Source: an uncultured candidate division Zixibacteria bacterium (GTDB taxonomy: Bacteria; Zixibacteria; MSB-5A5; GN15; FEB-12). From it: a DNA stretch of 64,000 nucleotides. The notes beneath the pieces are model-generated. The model saw only the letters and a list, made by a program, of their open reading frames with translations. It was not told where the DNA came from and did no database searches. Position numbers and translations under genes: made by a program. Location of the stretch: contig CAVTJJ010000003.1 in assembly GCA_963735035.1 (NCBI GenBank), positions 320,001 to 384,000 on the forward strand. Direction: 5' to 3'. Below are positions 59,508 through 64,000 of the stretch, piece by piece (positions within the stretch are counted from its first letter, which is position 1; every line of letters starts with the position of its first letter).

Positions 59508-59535
59508 TGTCACAAAACCGTAGCTGGGCAGTCTT
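59508..59535 (+). promoter_or_regulatory. Possible ECF-sigma autoregulatory promoter
   Basis: TGTCACA-N16-GTCTT ~40 nt upstream of the ECF gene; resembles ECF-type -35/-10 pairs. Confidence 0.4.
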
Positions 59536-59574
59536 GTACAACAGAGTAGTCAGTATTTCGGCCGACAACAAAAG

Positions 59575-60063
59575 ATGTTTGAGACTACATACCGAGAACA
59601 TTATGCCGCGGTCTATCGGTTCTGCTATCGCTTGATCGGCAGCGCCGAGGAGGCTCGCGATTTGACGCAGGAGACATTCGTGCGGTTCTATGATTCCGTC
59701 CGGCGCAACGAGAACCTCGATCATCCGGTGGCCTGGCTCTACCGGGTGGCGGGCAATCTGTGCATCAGCGGTCTGAGACAGAATCGGCGGCGGGCGGAGA
59801 TATTGCAAAGTCAGGCGATTGAGGTCGAGACCGGAGGGCATCCAGAGCTTGACTATGAGCGGCAGGAAACACTGAGACGAATTCGGAAGGCTATGTCGAA
59901 ACTCCCAGCTCGTGATCAGGTGCTACTGAATCTTTATATGGAGCGGCGACCTTACGAGGAGATGGCGGAAGTTATCGGAGTAAGTCGAAGCTCGGTGGGG
60001 ACACTGCTGTCCCGCGCTTTGTCCCAACTCAGGTCATCCGAAAATACCGGGGTGAAGAAATGA
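59575..60063 (+). CDS. ECF RNA polymerase sigma factor
   Basis: DLTQETF, AWLYRVAGN, YEEMAEVIG..SVGTLLSRA. Confidence 0.92.
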   Translation: MFETTYREHYAAVYRFCYRLIGSAEEARDLTQETFVRFYDSVRRNENLDHPVAWLYRVAGNLCISGLRQNRRRAEILQSQAIEVETGGHPELDYERQETLRRIRKAMSKLPARDQVLLNLYMERRPYEEMAEVIGVSRSSVGTLLSRALSQLRSSENTGVKK

Positions 60064-60632
60064 ACTGTTTGAAAGCAAGCACGCTTCAGGCTTTTCTCGA
60101 CGGGGAGCTGTCTCCCGATGAGAAATCGGCGGTCGACCGGCATCTGGCTGAATGCGAAATCTGTGCTTCACGATGTCGCCGGTTGCAGAAAGCAATTGCC
60201 GCGTTTCGAACAGACTTCTCGAAACTCGATCCTGAGACGGTTGAAATCCCGGAGTGTTCTGCAATTCTCGTTGAAAGGCAGCGCACGTCACGAGCTAACC
60301 ACCGACCGGGCAGCGCTCATATCACCTGGCTCCAGGGGCTGGTTGGTGTCGCAGCGGCGGCGGCGATTGCCTTCGCGTTTTGGCCTTCGCACAGACAATC
60401 TCCGACAATGGATCCCGGATTGAACTACTTACTGGCCCAGCTTCCGCCGATCGGCGAAGATCCTCAGCGCATGTGGCGGGAGCAGAGTTTGATTATCACG
60501 GTCGTAGACAACACCGACGGATCGGTAAAGCGGTTCATTACTTCCGTCGCCAACGACCGTGTCCAGTGCGAATCTCTCAGACCGGGCCATAGCAAGATTG
60601 ACGATTCATCCAAACTGAGAAAAGGAATCTGA
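60060..60632 (+). CDS. Zinc-binding (zf-HC2/ZAS) transmembrane anti-sigma factor
   Basis: FLDGEL, HLAECEIC (HxxxCxxC), single TM; overlaps the sigma stop. Confidence 0.88.
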   Translation: MNCLKASTLQAFLDGELSPDEKSAVDRHLAECEICASRCRRLQKAIAAFRTDFSKLDPETVEIPECSAILVERQRTSRANHRPGSAHITWLQGLVGVAAAAAIAFAFWPSHRQSPTMDPGLNYLLAQLPPIGEDPQRMWREQSLIITVVDNTDGSVKRFITSVANDRVQCESLRPGHSKIDDSSKLRKGI

Positions 60633-60633
60633 C

Positions 60634-61833
60634 ATGAAGTATCTCGCAACTTTGATCATGCTGCTGATCGTCATCAGCGGCGTCTCAGCTCAGAACGCGG
60701 CGGACGCATACCGGAGCGGCACGGTCGTCCTTCAGGAAGACGGCATCTTTGGCGCAGGTATTGATTGGAAACAAGTGTTCAATATTCCGGTGGTACAGGA
60801 CGAAGGTTCGTCGGTAGAACCGCGCAAGAGCATAGCGGTTGCTGACGACGGTTCGATTTTCGTAGCGAACTATGACAGCTACACGATCCAGAAACTCGAC
60901 CCGTCGGGCAGACCGGTAAAGACATTCGGGCAGGAAGGTTCGGCTGATGGACAGTTCCGCAATCGCCCAATTGTGCGTGGAGTGTTAGACAATCGATACG
61001 TATTCACCAGCGAGCACAACGGGCGACTGACCTTCTTCGATCTCAACGGTCAGTTCGTCAAGACGCTTACGCTCGACTACATGCCACTGCAATGCATACC
61101 CCTGCGCGACGGAAAGATCGCCATCGTCGGTTTTGTAGCCTGGTCCGAGGACAAGACGCGGCATGTCGTGGTTATCAAAGACATCGACACCGGCAAAGAA
61201 AACATAGTAGGCTCCAAGATTACGACTTCAGTGGCGTACGAAACGATATCTCTCAAGACCAATAAAGGCCAGATATCCCTGGCAACCAGCGCCAATAAGG
61301 GAAGTGGCTGGATGATCGCCCGGTCGTCTGAGGGCAACCTGATCATCAACTACTCGGACGATCCAACTATCGAGACATTCTCACCCGACGGACAACGCTT
61401 GAGCCAATTCAAAATGGCTGTTGAACGCGTTAAGTACCCCGAGAAAGAACGGGCTCAGTACGGAGTCAAGCTTCGCGACGTCGTTGCCAAGTTGGGAGTA
61501 TCCGAGCAGGATCTGCAAAAAGCGATCGACAGTATCAAACATCCGGAATTTCTGCCGTACTCGTACAATGTCATTGTCGATTCCGACAAGAATCTGCTCG
61601 TATTCACCTACACCGACAACGAGGCCGGTCATCAGTTCCAGGCCTACAAGATTTCGCCGGCAGGTCAGTTGATTGGCAAAGTCGATCTGGTGTCGGACAA
61701 ATATGACCTGAATCTCAATCCGAACGTTTGTGCGGTGCAGTTCGCGGGCGGGTATATCTATGCGATAGTGACGCCCAAAGATGCTCCCGACGGCCCGGTG
61801 CGGTTGATTCGCGGCAAGTTGGTGGCGAAGTAG
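60634..61833 (+). CDS. Secreted 6-bladed beta-propeller (NHL-like) protein
   Basis: Signal peptide, IAVADDGSIFVAN, FGQEGSADGQF, FDLNGQFV. Confidence 0.8.
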   Translation: MKYLATLIMLLIVISGVSAQNAADAYRSGTVVLQEDGIFGAGIDWKQVFNIPVVQDEGSSVEPRKSIAVADDGSIFVANYDSYTIQKLDPSGRPVKTFGQEGSADGQFRNRPIVRGVLDNRYVFTSEHNGRLTFFDLNGQFVKTLTLDYMPLQCIPLRDGKIAIVGFVAWSEDKTRHVVVIKDIDTGKENIVGSKITTSVAYETISLKTNKGQISLATSANKGSGWMIARSSEGNLIINYSDDPTIETFSPDGQRLSQFKMAVERVKYPEKERAQYGVKLRDVVAKLGVSEQDLQKAIDSIKHPEFLPYSYNVIVDSDKNLLVFTYTDNEAGHQFQAYKISPAGQLIGKVDLVSDKYDLNLNPNVCAVQFAGGYIYAIVTPKDAPDGPVRLIRGKLVAK

Positions 61834-61845
61834 AAGTCGATCTCG

Positions 61846-61940
61846 TAGGTCCGGTGACCCACCCAACGGGTGGGTCGCCACACCCCCGATATTCTTGAAG
61901 GTCGGGGTGCTTGTCATCCCGACTTTGCGGATCCCCCCCG
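61846..61940. repeat. GTAG-type REP / hairpin cluster
   Basis: GTAGGTC..GACCCACCC-AAC-GGGTGGGTC and GTCGGG..CCCGAC. Confidence 0.6.
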
Positions 61941-61988
61941 CAAGTTCTTTCCCCTTGACACGGAGCAAAGTGAAGGGTTACCGGCTGC

Positions 61989-63464
61989 CTACTTCGTAAA
62001 GGCTCCCACGCTCAGCCTCACTGAAGCCGAGAATCCACCCCAGGTTCTTCTTCCGCCGCCCTCATCAGACGGCACTCCGGTTCCTGGGCCAACCGATCCC
62101 GACGGTTTCTCTTGCTTGCGAACACTCACGGGGATCCATTGCGAAACATCGAACGCCACTAAGAACTCCCTGATTCTCACCGACGGCATCAAACGAAGCC
62201 GCACCAGATCGGCCCGAACCAGGTCGAGCCGGTCGCTCTTCAGATCATCGATCGAAATTCCAAACACCGCCGGCCGCCATGTCTTCAACGTAGCTTCCGG
62301 TTGCAGTCGCAGCCAGTCCACTGCCGCCTCCAGATTGAACCATCGCCCGGTCACCATTGGACCACACAGCGCCGCCTCTTTCCACCTCAGCGTTCCTTCA
62401 ACGACAATCTGTCGCCGTTCGCCGAGCAGCCGCAACAGACCTGTGGCAAAGGGCCACACTTCCACACTTCCCATCAGGGCGCCTTCCCCCGACCCTGACC
62501 CAACTGAAAAACTAGAGCGGCGGTACTGTATCCCTACCGACTGGCGGTCAAAGTACGCGTGCACGATCCCGAAATGAGCGAAACGCTCACCACCATCGTA
62601 GCCCATGAGTCGAGCGTCGAGTCGGACATGGCGGGCATTTGCCCAGCCACGCCAGTTCGGGGTCAGGGTGTACTCGATCGCTGCCGTGCCGTCGCAAGCT
62701 GTCCCGCTCAGTGCCAGCCGGTAGTTCCCCGATGGTTCGCCGGACATTGTAGGTGAAGTCGGTGTCATGTCCGCATCACGGATCTTCGAGCTCAGGCTCA
62801 GACCCTGGGCAGGGTTGACCGCTATCTCTACCTCTGTTAGCCATGTCGGAATCGACCAGTCCAGCGTTCCGCCCACCCGATCAAATTCGCCGTTGAGGTC
62901 AGTAAAGTCATAGTAGAGTTCACTGGCCGCGGGTTCCGGATGAACGTGACCGCGCCGAATCCCGGCCGTAAGGAAGTCGGTCGGTCTCAAACGCACCCCA
63001 GCCATCAAGCCGATCAGATCATCGGTTCGAACTCGACTTTCGATTTCAAGGGCTGCCCGATCATGCCACAGTCCGGCTCTCAGCCTACTAGAGATCGAAG
63101 GCTCAAATAACACCAGCTTCCCCCTGAAACGGTTAGTGCTTCCGGTTTGCTCAGCCCAATTCCATTGGTCAGGAAGGCCAAACCGCAGGTCGCCTGTCGG
63201 GTACGTGTAGGTGAAATGAAGCTGCCAGGCGATCCCGCGCGCGTCCATTGACAGGTGCCCGTCGTTCCGCGAAGCTCCCATCGTCCAGTGGTCGCCCTGG
63301 CCGCTGGAGAAGACCGTGGTCGTGCGATAATCGGAGGACGAACTGCCAACGTGTACTTCGGCTTCTGACACGCTGAAACCGAGAGCAAGCAGAGCCATGA
63401 TAGGAATCACCCAGCACCGGGCCGGGTGATTCCTATCGTGTCTAAATATCGTGCGCATCACCAC
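61989..63464 (-). CDS. Hypothetical secreted / outer-membrane beta-barrel protein
   Basis: Signal-like ALLALGFSVSEA, alternating beta strands, C-terminal FSASVRLSVG. Confidence 0.7.
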   Translation of the reverse strand: MVMRTIFRHDRNHPARCWVIPIMALLALGFSVSEAEVHVGSSSSDYRTTTVFSSGQGDHWTMGASRNDGHLSMDARGIAWQLHFTYTYPTGDLRFGLPDQWNWAEQTGSTNRFRGKLVLFEPSISSRLRAGLWHDRAALEIESRVRTDDLIGLMAGVRLRPTDFLTAGIRRGHVHPEPAASELYYDFTDLNGEFDRVGGTLDWSIPTWLTEVEIAVNPAQGLSLSSKIRDADMTPTSPTMSGEPSGNYRLALSGTACDGTAAIEYTLTPNWRGWANARHVRLDARLMGYDGGERFAHFGIVHAYFDRQSVGIQYRRSSFSVGSGSGEGALMGSVEVWPFATGLLRLLGERRQIVVEGTLRWKEAALCGPMVTGRWFNLEAAVDWLRLQPEATLKTWRPAVFGISIDDLKSDRLDLVRADLVRLRLMPSVRIREFLVAFDVSQWIPVSVRKQEKPSGSVGPGTGVPSDEGGGRRTWGGFSASVRLSVGAFTK

Positions 63465-63473
63465 TGCACATCT

Positions 63474-64000
63474 TTACCAGAAGTTTTCATGACTGACTGT
63501 ATCACAGTCGGATTTGAACCACCCCATGTGATTATCATTCGCCCAGATATCCTTCAGTTCCTGTGATGTCATCTCTGGAAGTAATCCGTTCAGAGTAGCG
63601 TTGGGAAAATACCAGTCGTCGAACGTGGCGGCGTCCCATTCATAGCAGGCTACGATCTGATCCTGGTCGTACCAGTAGTCGCTATAATGCGAACCGTTGG
63701 ATGACCAATAGCACCAAGGATCGGTGGCCCCGGGTTCGCAGTAGTTATAGACATCATCCCAACCGAACATCATCTGCACGTATGACGGGTACTCAGCCAG
63801 CAGGCGATAGAACTCAGCGGTGTTCTCGTCCGGAAGGTGGTCAGCAAAGTAGGGCGTATCGTTCGGATATGTGAGTCCGAAGATAGAATCCATCGCCGCC
63901 CAGTATCGGTCACGGCTGAAGTGGTTCTGGGCAAAGGTTATATGGAGATCGTTAACGGATTCAACCGTTGCCGTATAGTCAGGAATGAAGTCCTTGAAGT
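63474..64000 (-). CDS. Hypothetical protein, 5' end outside the window
   Basis: The frame stays open from 63893 to the window edge (FKDFIPDYTATVES...); Tyr/Trp/Asp-rich. Confidence 0.7.
   Translation of the reverse strand, partial: FKDFIPDYTATVESVNDLHITFAQNHFSRDRYWAAMDSIFGLTYPNDTPYFADHLPDENTAEFYRLLAEYPSYVQMMFGWDDVYNYCEPGATDPWCYWSSNGSHYSDYWYDQDQIVACYEWDAATFDDWYFPNATLNGLLPEMTSQELKDIWANDNHMGWFKSDCDTVSHENFW

Overview
GC-rich bacterial chromosomal window from a diderm, probably chemotactic organism. Gene order and a T9SS/FlgD-like secreted protein suggest an FCB-allied lineage such as Zixibacteria (inference). Core blocks: comB-gcvT; fbaA-acnA; ispE-spoVG-tRNA-Gln-prs-rplY; rng-fmt-def-yajC; pth-rpsF-rpsR-DUF2232-rplI-DUF151-LpoA-like; two-component genes with cheV; copA; ECF sigma factors; an M23 peptidase. 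Single accessory genes sit between these blocks, nearly all bracketed by mosaic clusters of at least seven REP-like palindrome families. Mobile elements are two IS30 copies and one IS1182, all inserted into REP palindromes. Strongest leads: (1) a ~390-nt leader with a sigma28-like promoter and covarying hairpins, shared by two paralogous Cache-domain chemoreceptors (candidate new cis-regulatory RNA); (2) a redoxin / 8-Cys secreted peptide / large secreted protein cassette; (3) REP mosaics with module swaps and direct repeats bounding accessory genes; (4) a nuclease-like gene next to an AbiE toxin-antitoxin pair. Four split genes are probably assembly indels. All calls are by motif recognition; no database search was run.
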